NCBI GenBank assembly: GCA_000934665.2
Contig: KZ538262.1
Coordinates: forward strand, 1 to 64,000
Source: Catajapyx aquilonaris
Taxonomy: Eukaryota
DNA: 64,000 nt
Direction of reading: 5' to 3'
Shown here: in pieces, positions 32,701 to 44,503 of the stretch
Layout: every line of letters begins with the position of its first letter
Numbering within the stretch: position 1 is the stretch's first letter
The notes under the pieces: model-generated
Seen by the model: only the letters and a program-made list of their open reading frames with translations
Databases searched by the model: none
Told to the model about the DNA's origin: nothing
Translations under genes and position numbers: made by a program

Positions 32701-35700
32701 TGGAATTTGTAAAGTAACATTTTTTTAAACAGTTAAATTTTCTGTCCGACCTTTAAGAGCCCCATGTAAAAGAAGAACTGGAGAATGGTGAAAGCAGGAA
32801 TGTATTTGTCAATCTCGATGTGGATCGTTTGCTTGTTGTCCACGTACTGCCGACCGACGGTGGCAGCGATGAAGAAGGAATATGTGGCAATGGTCACGAC
32901 CTGGGTGTAAACTAGTGGAATGCTGACCCAGTCATAACTCCATAGTAAACCACACTTTGAGCGGTACTCGCTGAATTCCTAACAACGAGAAAACACATAC
33001 CATCAGCAAAGAGGCCCTCGAAAAAGGAATCTAACTTCAAACTCTCAATGTTTTTCTCGATGTTCCAACATAGCACTTCATCGCGACCGAAGAATTACTC
33101 CGCTGTTGACCAAAATACCCTTGTTTCCGCCAGATGAGCTCGAGGTATACATACGAGGGCCTACGTATACAGCACAGGCGAGGCAGTGACGTCACGGTCA
33201 ACTCGTCGAGACTCTCGCCAACTCCGGTCGCGTCGTCGTCGTCGTCGTCGTCTTTTCCTGGGCAGGTACTATTTGGAAGTTGTAAGGGGAGGAAACGATG
33301 CAGACGATGACGAGTTCCTCTGGTTTAGAGTCACTTTGCGCTGGAGTAGGTCCAGCAGAACACTCTGATGCTGGTTCACCTTGGGGATAAATGGAGACGC
33401 TCCTCCTTTGTGTGCGTGGTGCTCCACCTGCATGTCGCGCGAAATGTCTCCCGGGATCACATCATTGCTTGTGTCACGTGGAGCATAGGACGGGCCAAGG
33501 GGCCAAGAAGACTTGTTTCCAAAAGGACCCGGTGCCAAGGGCTCATTAGACGTTTGACCACCGACGCGACGGGCCGTTTGGCAAGTCGCCTCCTTATATT
33601 CGCAAGTAGGCCTCTCCTTGCACTGCCAATACTCGGTTTTCACCAAGAGGAAATTGCTTCTCGCCTCATTTCAAGCCAGGAATTTTGAGGGGGCCAAACT
33701 CTTCCTGTTTCTTTCGTGATGGGTGGTATTTGGGCAAGGTTCGTAGGCGGCGATCGGATGACGCGACCTGTTCATTCGAGGTGGTGCTTGCCAGGGAAGG
33801 TTTGCGGTCCAAGTTGCAATTTGCTGCCTGGATGCCTGCCCACCGCGATTACTATATCGTAAAACATAACCTATGACACGCAGTACGCATTAGTGACAAA
33901 TCTGTAGGTTGGTTAGAGCCAACGTGTTGACACTGATGTATACTGCCAGCAGGTAAACACCAACACCTATGCGTGCACATTGTATTCTCCATTGTCCATA
34001 GAGCCCAATACATCCACGTACTCGTAGATAAATAAATAAAAATCACGTGTATCTACAATCAAATGAAATCAACCTCCTGGACTGACCTCCATGATAAACT
34101 TGAGTCCCTGCGGGTCCGCGATGCGGTTGTTTCGACGCGATTCTTTGAGCAAGTTGATGAACCAGATGCACGGGATCCAGTAGGTGTTGAACTCGGTGCT
34201 GGACACCGACTGGTACATCTCCAGCTCCACCTTGGTCATGAACCCTGTTGGACATATGGGGACCAAAATTGAGCTTATTTGGACATACCCTCACCGTCAC
34301 CAGTACTGACCTGAGTTGACCACGTGCTCCAGCGTAGGGAAACGACGCTTGACGGCAGAACTGATGGACCTCAAGACCAGGATGAGGCTTAGATTGAGGT
34401 ACCGGACGAGGGTACGGCGGATCATGCGACCGACGTCGTCGTTTCCGTTCACGTGCAAGGCGATGGAATGCATTATCCTGGGATGGAAAGTGCAAATGAG
34501 GATAACCTCGGATGATATATCCGTACCCTGTTCCCGGCAGACAACATTGACATTCGGATGCAGTTTTAGAATCACTCACTATACGGTACGTAGTAAAGTT
34601 CCTGGAATAGCCCGGCCGTTGACACGGGAAAAAAGCTGCGTTTAAAAGCGTTAGCTGTCACATTTGGCGAGCTATGGGAAAGGGAGCCATGGCTTGTCAG
34701 ATGAAAGAGAGCGCCATGGGGTTGTCCAGCATGCGGGTATGACTATAGTAAGTGTGCCTGAGTTATGGTTAGGTCACTGACTTTTGTCCTTGGCGCGGTA
34801 TGAGAACTGTAATCTTGGAAAATCGCAACATGTTACGTAATGCCACAAGCAGGCCACGTTCCTACAAGTACAAGAAACCGCGCTTTGAAAATATTCCTCG
34901 ATGCTTTTAGTGCTTTAATAATTTTCATTTTACACGTAAACGTTATTTATGGCGTTCTGTATACAGTTCCCTCGTGATACTTGAAAGCTGGTATAGTGTG
35001 GAAAATCAACATTTTGGCCAACAACTGCAGGAATAATTGATTGCATCCAGCAACACCCTCCAATTCGCATCAAGGTACAGTGTACATGCTTGGCGCCATG
35101 TCCACTTCAGCAATGTGGGCGTCTGACTCAGCTGATGAGACAGAGTGTAATTCTGTTACGGAATGAGACAATCGTCTGATCCGGTTGAAAGGCGGCAAGG
35201 ACATTGTGTGTCCATTGGCAACTCGCGGGACAAAAGTCGAGCTGTCTCCTGGGAAGCCTGGAATCTTCCCAAAAAAGCAAGGGTCCACACTCAACCCCCA
35301 TGCCAAGTAACGAAAAACACATGCACAGATGCAGATTTATCCGGGAAGGGGGCAGCAACAAAATAGTGTAGGAGCACGTAATTACTTGTCCGGCCAGGGA
35401 ATGGCCATGTATTGCTGCCACCAACGAGTGGCAACGAAAGAAACATAGATGCTGAGAACGAAAGAGAGAGGAATCTGACTGATGTACGCCTCACAGTACA
35501 GGGCAAGACTCTCAAACATACTGGAAAAAAATGGAGAAGAAACAACATATCAATCATGCGATCAGTCCTGTACATTTTGTATTTATCAGCACTGGATGGG
35601 TTTAATTTGATAGTGGTGATACCTTTGGGGACATGTGTCGTCATTGTCGCTTTGGGAGTGTGGTTGCTGGGAAAGTGGCCAGTGTTTGGCAGAGGTATGG

Positions 35701-36956
35701 CCAGCACGAGGAGCGATTATCGCACGCGGTATCGCCTTTCCTTTTCAACGACATCACGTGACTTGGGACGCCCATCACGTTGAAAAAGAGCTAATTCATC
35801 GCAAAAACTTGCACGAGCGCCAAGAGGAAAGAAGCACAATCCGGAGGGGAGGCAGGAAATAGCCTGACAATGGCTATAAAAAAAATGTCGGTGAATGGCA
35901 AGTGTGGCACCCCCAAAGATCTAAAAGGCGAGAAAATGATGTAATCGCAAGCGTGCTGTGTAATCGCCACCGGTCGGGCATGTGTGGCCTTACCTCCGCT
36001 TCTTCAAGGCCTGAGTGGGCTGGATGCTGTGTAAGGGACAGCTGCGTTGATTATTATGTGGCCATCTAATTAAAACGACACATTTTTTATATAGAATCAC
36101 GTACCAGTGCACTATTCTTGTCTTTGAATTTTTTGACTCATCAATTTGACATTGTTGCAAAAAAAAGAGAGAGAGAAGTTAATCTAGGATTGGATTTACA
36201 AATGCTGGACTTTTTTCGCTTTTCTTCGAATACAACAACGGTTGAGACCCATAATCCCAAAATAATTATAAATCGAACCTCTGCCTAGTGGCTCGATTCA
36301 CAAATAGTTGTGTGCTATTTTTTTGACGTAGGGTGACCCGAAATATAATTCCAAGTGTCTGAACGGCATTACAGCCACAGTATAAATATTCCGGAATAGC
36401 AGACGGCAATAATAATATGAACCACTTCATACTGACAGCTCAAGTGGCAGATAAGCATACAATATTTAGAAAGAAAATAAACCAAATTATATCAGTATTG
36501 CAGTTGGCCCTTCTATGCATCCACATGCTATGGGTATAGATAGCCTATTGCTCCGGGTAGTCTATACCAATCTGATACCGATAGATTATAAGAAAAATTA
36601 TTGCCTTAATATAGTGTGATACCGGACTTGTTTACTTGTTTACTATTTCTGAGAGCAGTGTTCACAACGTGGGACGATTTTTTTTTTTAAAAAAAAAGGT
36701 AATGACATTTGAGGATGTTGATGTGGGGTTGAAGGAACGGAGATTGGACAGATCGTCATCATCGCACACAAACACACCGCCTTTGCTCCTCGTTGAAAGC
36801 GTTCCGGTACAGGACGCTGAGCAGGCAGAAGGCGCCCACGAAGATGACGAACTCCCTGTAGATGAGTTTGTACAGGCTGCCCTTCCACTTGAGGAGGAGT
36901 CTGGTGAAGCCTCCGCTTGTGGAAGACGCCACGTCGTACTGGTAGCTGACCGTCAT
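29750..36956 (-). CDS. Best: Bestrophin-family Ca2+-activated chloride channel
   Basis: Ten inferred exons: 36956-36778, 35520-35386, 34477-34311, 34244-34087, 32978-32751, 32682-32450, 32371-32247, 31940-31709, 31280-30609, 30248-29750; splice phases are consistent. Motifs: [25 protein letters not shown] (RFP), [14 protein letters not shown], Ca-clasp [15 protein letters not shown]. The low-complexity C-terminal exons are less certain. Confidence 0.93.
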
Positions 36957-38111
36957 CCTGTACTGATGCTGCGCGCACCATCACCCTCACCGGTACTCAT
37001 CTGATACGAGGCCATCACAGCAGCATGGTCCGCAGATGACGAGGAAGAACAGCGGCCCTCACAGCCTCACTTGCAGGCAACACCATCACAGCCATCACCA
37101 TCACTAACACATTAACACGGACACATGCACACACACAATCGGCGCCTCTTCCTCCTGCTGCCTTTTCTCTTTGCCTTCTCTCGATTCTCTTCCCCAGCAC
37201 TAATTTTAGGCTCAGCGGCTGCTGAGAGAAATTTAGCATCCACCCCCCTCCTCCCTCTCGCCTCCTTCCTTTCTTCGCCCCTCCCCACCACTCAACCTCC
37301 CTCGCTGCCAATTTACTATACACTATCTACGGCCTGGACAACGTATCTACAGAACAATGTACACTATTTGGGCTCCATTCACTGCGAGATGTGGTCGTCT
37401 TGTTTATGCAGATTATGGCGATGTATTGTATAGATGCTCTTCGCATGTGGGTTGAATAATATGTAGCCGTAGACTCACCTATGATTGGTTCATTTTAAAT
37501 AATTATTCACATAAAATGTATGTAAGAAAACAGTTATTAACCCCCCCACCCCCTCACGCAAAAACATACTTATAGGACGTCTTCGTCACTAAAGTGCCTA
37601 ATGTCGTGTTGTAGTCCGAATCTTTAGCGACATTTAAGCATTTTAATACACTATCTCATTGCATGGATCTATGAATACTATTCTGGTCGGGCTATTATAC
37701 AGCAACGAAAATAATCAGTGCACGTGAACAGCGAGACTTGCTGCCTGTATTCCTTACATTGTTATTTCTTTTTGGAAGGATGTGTTACGCCGGCGTTGGC
37801 CAGTGTGAGAGTAATCAAGAAAAGGCCAGACTTGGGACATACTGCACAACTCTAGTGTTTGTAGTCTATATGCAGCTCTTTCGCATTAATCGTCTTGATC
37901 GTTTAATGACATAGTTGGCAATTTATGTGTTGAAACTTTAAATGTACGCCCGGTATACGGCGGTCTTGAAGTCTGCGCCCGTACCGTATCAAGCACGCAC
38001 TGACCAATGGTCGACGCTGCTACTCCAAGCTGGTCAGGGGTATCTTGAGGAGACAGCCCTCTTATCACTTGCTCGCCTCAGCTTTTGTCAGGCTTAGGGC
38101 CCTATCGAGAG

Positions 38112-38183
38112 TCCTCGGTAGTATAGTGGTTAGTATCCCCGCCTGTCACGCGGGAGACCGGGGTTCGATTCCCCGCCGGGGAG
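38112..38183 (+). tRNA. tRNA-Asp (GTC)
   Basis: TCCTCGGTAGTATAGTGGTTAGTATCCCCGCCTGTCACGCGGGAGACCGGGGTTCGATTCCCCGCCGGGGAG. Canonical cloverleaf with A and B boxes, and a Pol III T-run at 38186-38190. Confidence 0.97.
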
Positions 38184-38460
38184 GATTTTTGAATTTGTTG
38201 AATTTTTTAAATGTCCAGTTCTCACGGGATGCACCAAAACAGGCCGAAATATATAGAGATAATAATATAACGACCTCAGTGTTACATATTGCATGAAATA
38301 TATTATAATAAGTATAGTCACTTTTGTGCGATACTAATTTTTGGTAACAACATATGCAAATAGTTCTACGACAAACGAAATAAATCAAGTATAATTTAAT
38401 AAAATTAAAAATCAAAAAGGCTTCTGTCATAGCTTTTGACTGCCTCTTTAATTACATTAA

Positions 38461-39243
38461 CCCTGGAACCGTGCCGTGCTGAAAGTTACGCTAACCGTGC
38501 CGTGGGGCCTTTTCGGACCCCACGCCATATTTTAATTTTTATTAATTTTTATATAATACTTTTCAATGTATTGACTATATACAATCATTCTTTGAACAAT
38601 GCCTAAAATGATCGCTAATTCAAAATAAACATGCATTTCCTGTTATTTACTGTAAAAATTGCCAACAGTTGTTCATTTTTGTAGTGGAGAGTTTTCTTTC
38701 GAGTATGACGGGACCCGTGACGTGTGGTCCTTTTGGACCCCAGCCTATACTACAATATTCAGATCGTCCATAAAGTACCTCAAACTGACATTGTTGGCTG
38801 CGCCGTACCGGATAAAGAAACAGGGAGAGAATCCCCCATCACAAATGACGTCACTCCTCCTGGACTGGAACAAGTCGCCCGACCACAAATCGCTTGACGA
38901 AAAGTCTCCCGACGTATATACAGTATATTCGCCCGGTGCAAATTCGCGGACAAAAACTCAGGTACTTCACTGAAAAAATAGCTTGCAATAAGAAATGACA
39001 CAAACGAGTATGCCCGGAACCGTGACATGGGGTCCTTTCGGACCCCACGTGAGCATGGGTCCAAAAGCCACGATTCTACATTTTGGTAGGTGTGAAAATT
39101 ATGAAACCGGATTTAATCCATGAAAGGAAGTTTTTTTTTGAGGAATACACGGAGTTTTAGGCCATTATCTTTTCAGGATCACTCATTGCGATGCATTTTA
39201 ATTCCTTTGGGTTCCCAAAAGACCCCACGGCACGGTTCCAGGG
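38461..39243. mobile_element. Non-autonomous piggyBac-type element (MITE), 783 bp
   Basis: Perfect 18-bp TIRs CCCTGGAACCGTGCCGTG, TTAA on both sides (38457-38460, 39244-39247), and repeated internal GGTCCTTT(T/C)GGACCCCA motifs. No transposase ORF. Confidence 0.92.
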
Positions 39244-39589
39244 TTAAATGGAAAACTGGGGGTATAGTTACAAAATATAGTACATGTTTGTGCTTAGTTT
39301 TTCAAGTCTTGCAGGGTTCACTTTTAGTCAGTGATGGGCAATATGTGTTGAGTTTCAGAGTTAGACTTTTGAGCGCTGAAAACTACTATATTGATTTAGG
39401 CCAGTGGTTTCCAACCTTTTACCAACTGCGACCCCCTAAACATGTTTCCATAAATGTGCCCCCCCCCCCCCAGCCCCTTCTATAACTGCCCAATTTCCAG
39501 ACACCATACACTCTGTACGACCGCAAAATTGGTTCAATTTACACAGAAATTGCAAAAAAGATGAACAAATAGGCTCACGACCCCCTGGG

Positions 39590-39746
39590 ACACAGTTACC
39601 CATATACACGGTAACCCATATAGAGAGTAACCCACGTAGAGTAACGCATACAACCCATATGGAGGGTAACCCATATAGAACGTAACCCATATAACCCATA
39701 TATGTATAGGAATCCATATAGAGCATAACCCATAATAGAGTAACCC
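39590..39746. repeat. ACCCATAT-core satellite, left fragment
   Basis: Same GTAACCCATATAG units as 45477-47793, separated from them by the nested hAT element. Confidence 0.9.
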
Positions 39747-40267
39747 CAGTGGCGTCTCTAGTGTTGTTGTCACCCGGTGCGGCAACTCGTGGTGTCACCC
39801 GGTGCGGCAACTCGTGGTGTCACCCGCCCCCCTCCACCCCCTTGTCCCAAGGGCCAGGACCCTCTCCCGTGCCCGACCGTACATAATACTTGGTTCTTTT
39901 TTTAGTACTAATGAAGCTCTCATTGATTGCCATGTGAATAGTTGTCATGAAAAGAACAAAATTTAAAGGTGTACGAGGTGTGATCGAAAAGTTCCCGGAC
40001 TGTGTTCATGAAAACATTAACATTTGCCACCTTCAAAGTAGCAAGTAGTCACCTTTGGCACGTATACAACAATTCCAGCGAATTTCCCATTTTTGAAGCA
40101 CCAAAAAAATTGGGCAACAGTAGGCCCTAATAATAATTAATAATTACTTCATACCCCGTTATCAGCCGGCGGCTCTTTAGGGGGGAAATTTTTGTTTTGA
40201 CTGGAACTCTGCTTTCATTTTATTTGCATTTTGGGATAGGATAGGGACGGAAAGAAGCGGCTGTGGC

Positions 40268-40372
40268 CTGTTTTTTTATACCGCGGGAATTTTCATACCA
40301 CGTGAACTTTCATACCACGTGAATTTTTATACCACGTGAATTTTTATACCAGAGAAATTTTTATACCACAAT
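40268..40372. repeat. 17-bp minisatellite (GAATTTTYATACCACGT) x ~6
   Basis: Direct reading. Confidence 0.85.
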
Positions 40373-40376
40373 TTTA

Positions 40377-40494
40377 CCCTGTAATGCCTCTTGGGTCATA
40401 TCTGGCACACCATTTAGTGCAATTTTTATATTTCCTGTAAGTGCCAAATGTCACTAAATGGTGTGCCAGATATGACCCAAGGGGCATTACAGGG
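40377..40494. mobile_element. 118-bp hairpin MITE
   Basis: 43-bp arms (40377-40419, 40452-40494) are reverse complements with one mismatch. CCC...GGG termini; no clean TSD. Confidence 0.8.
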
Positions 40495-40559
40495 ATATAT
40501 CACATGAAAAGAAATCATAACAAGGTTTTTTTTTTGGCACACGAATATTTTTTAAGAAT

Positions 40560-42447
40560 ATACTGAAACACAAATTATCACATTCTTTTACTTATTAGCA
40601 CACTAATAAGGCTAAAAAATGTAACCTAAATCAAATATTTTATGGTGATTGTTGAATTTTGTGGCGCCCTTTCTTTATACAATAAGTACATGCTGGAGAG
40701 AGTGTCAGTATCGAAGTAGCGCGGTGGTCTAGTGGTTAAGACTCTCTCTTCGTAACCTGAAGGTTGAAGGATCGAATCCTGAAAGGAAGACGCCGTTTCT
40801 TTTTATCGCTATGGACCTTTTTTTGGAAATTTTTAAGACACCTGCTCAATGGGAGGGGGCGGTCACTTTTTTCGAAGAAAAAAGTCTTAAATTTAATCAT
40901 TCAGAAATTGAAGAATTCCGGTTTGTGTGGGCCATCCCCAGCCCCCACCCTACCACTGCCCAAGTGGGTGCATTTACCTTATACCTGGGAGTTCCATTCT
41001 CAAACCTATCACCCCTCCAAATATTTAAGTCTACAATTTAAACTATAGGTCCAATAAAATCACAAGCAAATGCAAATGAATCGGCACACTTTTTAGGGCA
41101 TTTCCAATGGTTTGTTGCAGCCTGACCTTTGACCTGAAAGGCCCTAATATTAGGTTTTTGGTTTCGGGCCGGGCCCTACCTCGGTCTCCATCTGTCGGAT
41201 CTCTCGTAATGAGACTGTACAGAGCACAGTATATAGATATACAGTATTTAGATATTGGTATTTAGATATACAGGATTTAGATAGTCACATTTTCGTGTAG
41301 GCTTGGTCCACCTTCCTGTCTCCTTCACCTTACGTATTTCCCCCTTTCCACCCCCGCCCCGCTACCCACAAGGACAGCGGACTGCTACATTTGGCGATCA
41401 GGCTAGGGGCATTACTACCCCACACAGAGAGATATACTGTATATCTATGTACTGTGCTCTGTACAGCAGTGTACAGTCTCAGTACGAAAGACCCGACAGA
41501 TGGAGACCGAGGTAGGGCCCGGCCCGAGACCAAAAACCTAATACTAGGGCCTTTCAGGTCAAAGGTCAGGCCGCAACAAATCATTGGAAATGCCCTAAAA
41601 AGTGTGCCGATTCATTTGCATTTGCTTGTGATTTTATTGGACCTATAGTTTAAATTGTAGACTTAAATATTTGGAGGGGTGATAGGTTTGAGAATGGAAC
41701 TCCCAGGTATAAGGTAAATGCACCCACTTGGGCAGCGGTAGGGTGGGGGCTGGGGATGGCCCACACAAACCGGAATTCTTCAATTTCTGAATGATTAAAT
41801 TTAAGACTTTTTTCTTCGAGAAAAGTGACCGCCCCCTCCCATTAAGCAGGTGTCTTAAAAATTTCCAAAAAAAAATTCTCCCCTCCCCCACCTTCCTCCC
41901 CCTCTCCACCCCTCCCCCCCTCTTCGCTGCTCCTCTAACACCTCTGAAGAAGTGTTGGGGAAACTGCGAAGGAACAGTCGCCATCTTGGCCAGAGATGTC
42001 GGCTGCAAATTTTTTTTTTCTGACTCTCAACCAATTTCACTCTCAATTTGAACCCACATCTCCCGATTGAGAGTCTGATGCGTTACCACACAGCCACGCT
42101 ATGCTGCAACGAGAGTGTGAGTGTTGGAAGGGTCTAGCCTATTTACCAGATGCACTTGAAAGAGAAATAAATGTGAAATGAGAGATGAAGTAACAGCGGG
42201 AAAGGTCCATAGCGATAAAAAGAAACGGCGTCTTCCTTTCAGGATTCGATCCCTCAACCTTCAGGTTACGAAGAAAGAGTCTTAACCACTAGACCACTGC
42301 GCTACTTCGATACTGACACTCTCTCCAGCATGTACTTATTGTATAAAGAAAGGGCGCCACAAATTTAACAATCACCATAAAATATTTGATTTTAGCCTTA
42401 TTAGTGTGCTAAGTAAAAGAATGTTAAAATTGGTGTTTCAGTTATAT
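40560..42447. repeat. Large foldback: two inverted copies of a repeat carrying tRNA-like segments
   Basis: ~40560-41247 is the reverse complement of ~41433-42447 at high identity. The right arm has an extra ~330 bp (~41875-42200); the spacer is ~185 bp. Confidence 0.9.
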
Positions 42448-42920
42448 CAAGTAAAAAAGGCATATTCATTATACAGTATGTTATCAGAAACCATTATTTT
42501 CGCGGCTTTTCCAGTTTTCCTCGCCACTTCTTCCACCCTTTTCTCCCAGTCTCACAGTCTGATATCTTTTCTCCAACTGAACCTGCGTTACTGAGCTAGT
42601 CAGGGTGTGACCCGAGGTCATGGGTCACACAATGTATTGTTCTGTATAAAGCATATATACGATATACCTACCAGCTGTGTCCTTCTTTCTGAAGATTTGG
42701 AAATGACCACCCTATACCTGCTACAGAAGGCCTAAAAAGGGACATGTCCACTAAAAGAAAATAATACATTCCCACACATGAAGAGCATCGACTCTCACAC
42801 TCGTCAAAAACAAACAAAAAATGATAAGAAACTGCGTATGTTCCCAAATTATTCTGTCTGCAGTACGCCACCCCCATCATCACAGGATGTTACTCTCGAA
42901 CTGATATACTTCAAGGGGTA

Positions 42921-43069
42921 CTCTCTCAAAAGCAACGTGTATCCATGGTACACAGCGTTGCGATTTTTTTTAAAAACTGCACATTGTGTACTGCATTATG
43001 TACATTAGTTAGTACAATGCAGTACACAATTTGCTGTGCATACCATGCATACACATTGTTTTTAGAGCG
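42921..43069. mobile_element. Small degenerate hairpin MITE
   Basis: CTCTCAAAAGCAACGTGTATCCATGGTA...ATTGTGTACTGCATT is mirrored by AATGCAGTACACAAT...TACCATGCATACACATTGTTTTTAGAG. Confidence 0.6.
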
Positions 43070-44431
43070 CTTAAAACTTGTCATAGATAAAATCCTGCTC
43101 TATTGAAAAAATACTTGTGGATCGCTGCGAGAGCCAATAATAAATTGATATGAAGAAATTAATATGAAGAAAAGATAACTAACTCTGCTCGAGTATCCTC
43201 CTGACGCCCAGCGTACAACCCTCTAGCCATTGGGTTTTAAAATTGAAAAAAAAATTGAAAAAATTAAAAACTTTTTTAAATTAAATAATAAATAATGAAA
43301 ATAAAAAATTCTGGGCTTCAGGAGGGTATATGTGCAGGAAGCGCTCACCTACAATCCTGTAGTGTTGACGAGTACAAAATGAAGGATTAAAAATTGCCAA
43401 AGAAAAGTATCTAAAAATATGAACGAGGATCAGTTAAAAGAAAACATATTAATAACTTAATAATGCCGACTGCTCGAAACATTTATTATGCACATTTAAT
43501 GGGAGGTTCCTGGTTACAATTAAGCATTGCGAATGGTTCAACGAGATTGATAGTACCTGATGCAGTTGTGAACTGGGTTGTCTGAAAATCAGGTATGACG
43601 CACATTATCTATAGATTCAATTTTTTTGCCATTATTAGCTCCATATTAGCCACTAGAGACTAGACCAATGCAACACATGACAAATATCTACTGCATATGC
43701 GGGTAATTAGCTAGTACTGTAATACAGGACAATGTTTAACTCGAACGAATACTAACGGATTTTAATGTTTATGTGAAATGACATGCTATAAAATTGAAGC
43801 CTTTTTGATACTGTACTTGCCTCCCTGAAGACCTGGCACCCGAAGACCTGGCACACCGAAATTACTTGTAATTGACCTGGAATCTCAATGAGGAAGAATT
43901 TATTGAGGGATAATTAAGGTTCTTTATTAGAAAGCTTGTTTTGGTTTTTTCCGATCCACAGATATGGGCACAACACGCATTATATGTAAAAAGTTAGTCT
44001 GTTTAATCGCACATACGTATAGATGTAGATTCTGCTAGGTATGACGGTGATGACGGTGCTTCAATATTCCTTCGAGCGTTCCTCTCTGCATTTCTTGCTC
44101 CTCCTCCTCCAGGGGGTTTATGTGAACAGGAGCTCTGTCCTGCATCTGAGGAAGAGAACAGATAGTTGTGAAACTATTGGTCATCACTCACTTTATAGAG
44201 ACAGAGACATTAAATAGGACGTTTGAAATCGTAGATTCGGTTATGCTGAAGCAAAAAAGGCGTATTTATTAGTATAATATAGTGTGTATTGTATACAGCC
44301 ATACAGAGCATCTATGCCCTTCTTTTGGAGATTTGGACATGGTGTCACCCTACATGAAATTATGTTCAATATGATGTGTTACGAACATGTTCATAGGTCT
44401 CCTCGTAATGAAGCAATAACTCCTACGAAGT

Positions 44432-44503
44432 GGGGGTGTATCTCAGTGGTAAAGCGTTCGCTTTGCATGATTGTGAAAGGTCCCGGGTTCGATCCCCGGC
44501 ACC
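44432..44503 (+). pseudogene. tRNA-Ala(TGC)-derived pseudogene or SINE head
   Basis: GGGGGTGTATCTCAGTGGTAAAGCGTTCGCTTTGCATG(attg)TGAAAGGTCCCGGGTTCGATCCCCGGCACC. It has a ~4-nt insertion after the anticodon loop and an incomplete 3' acceptor stem, followed by a T-run. Confidence 0.8.

Noticed and set aside
40717..40780. Functional tRNA gene (and its copies at ~42240-42305 and ~42045-42105)
   Set aside because: A/B-box-like motifs are present but the stems do not pair properly; the segments belong to a repeat.
40764..42008. Identical peptides on opposite strands (FFWKFLRHLLNGRGRS...)
   Set aside because: A by-product of the inverted repeat; no coding hallmarks.
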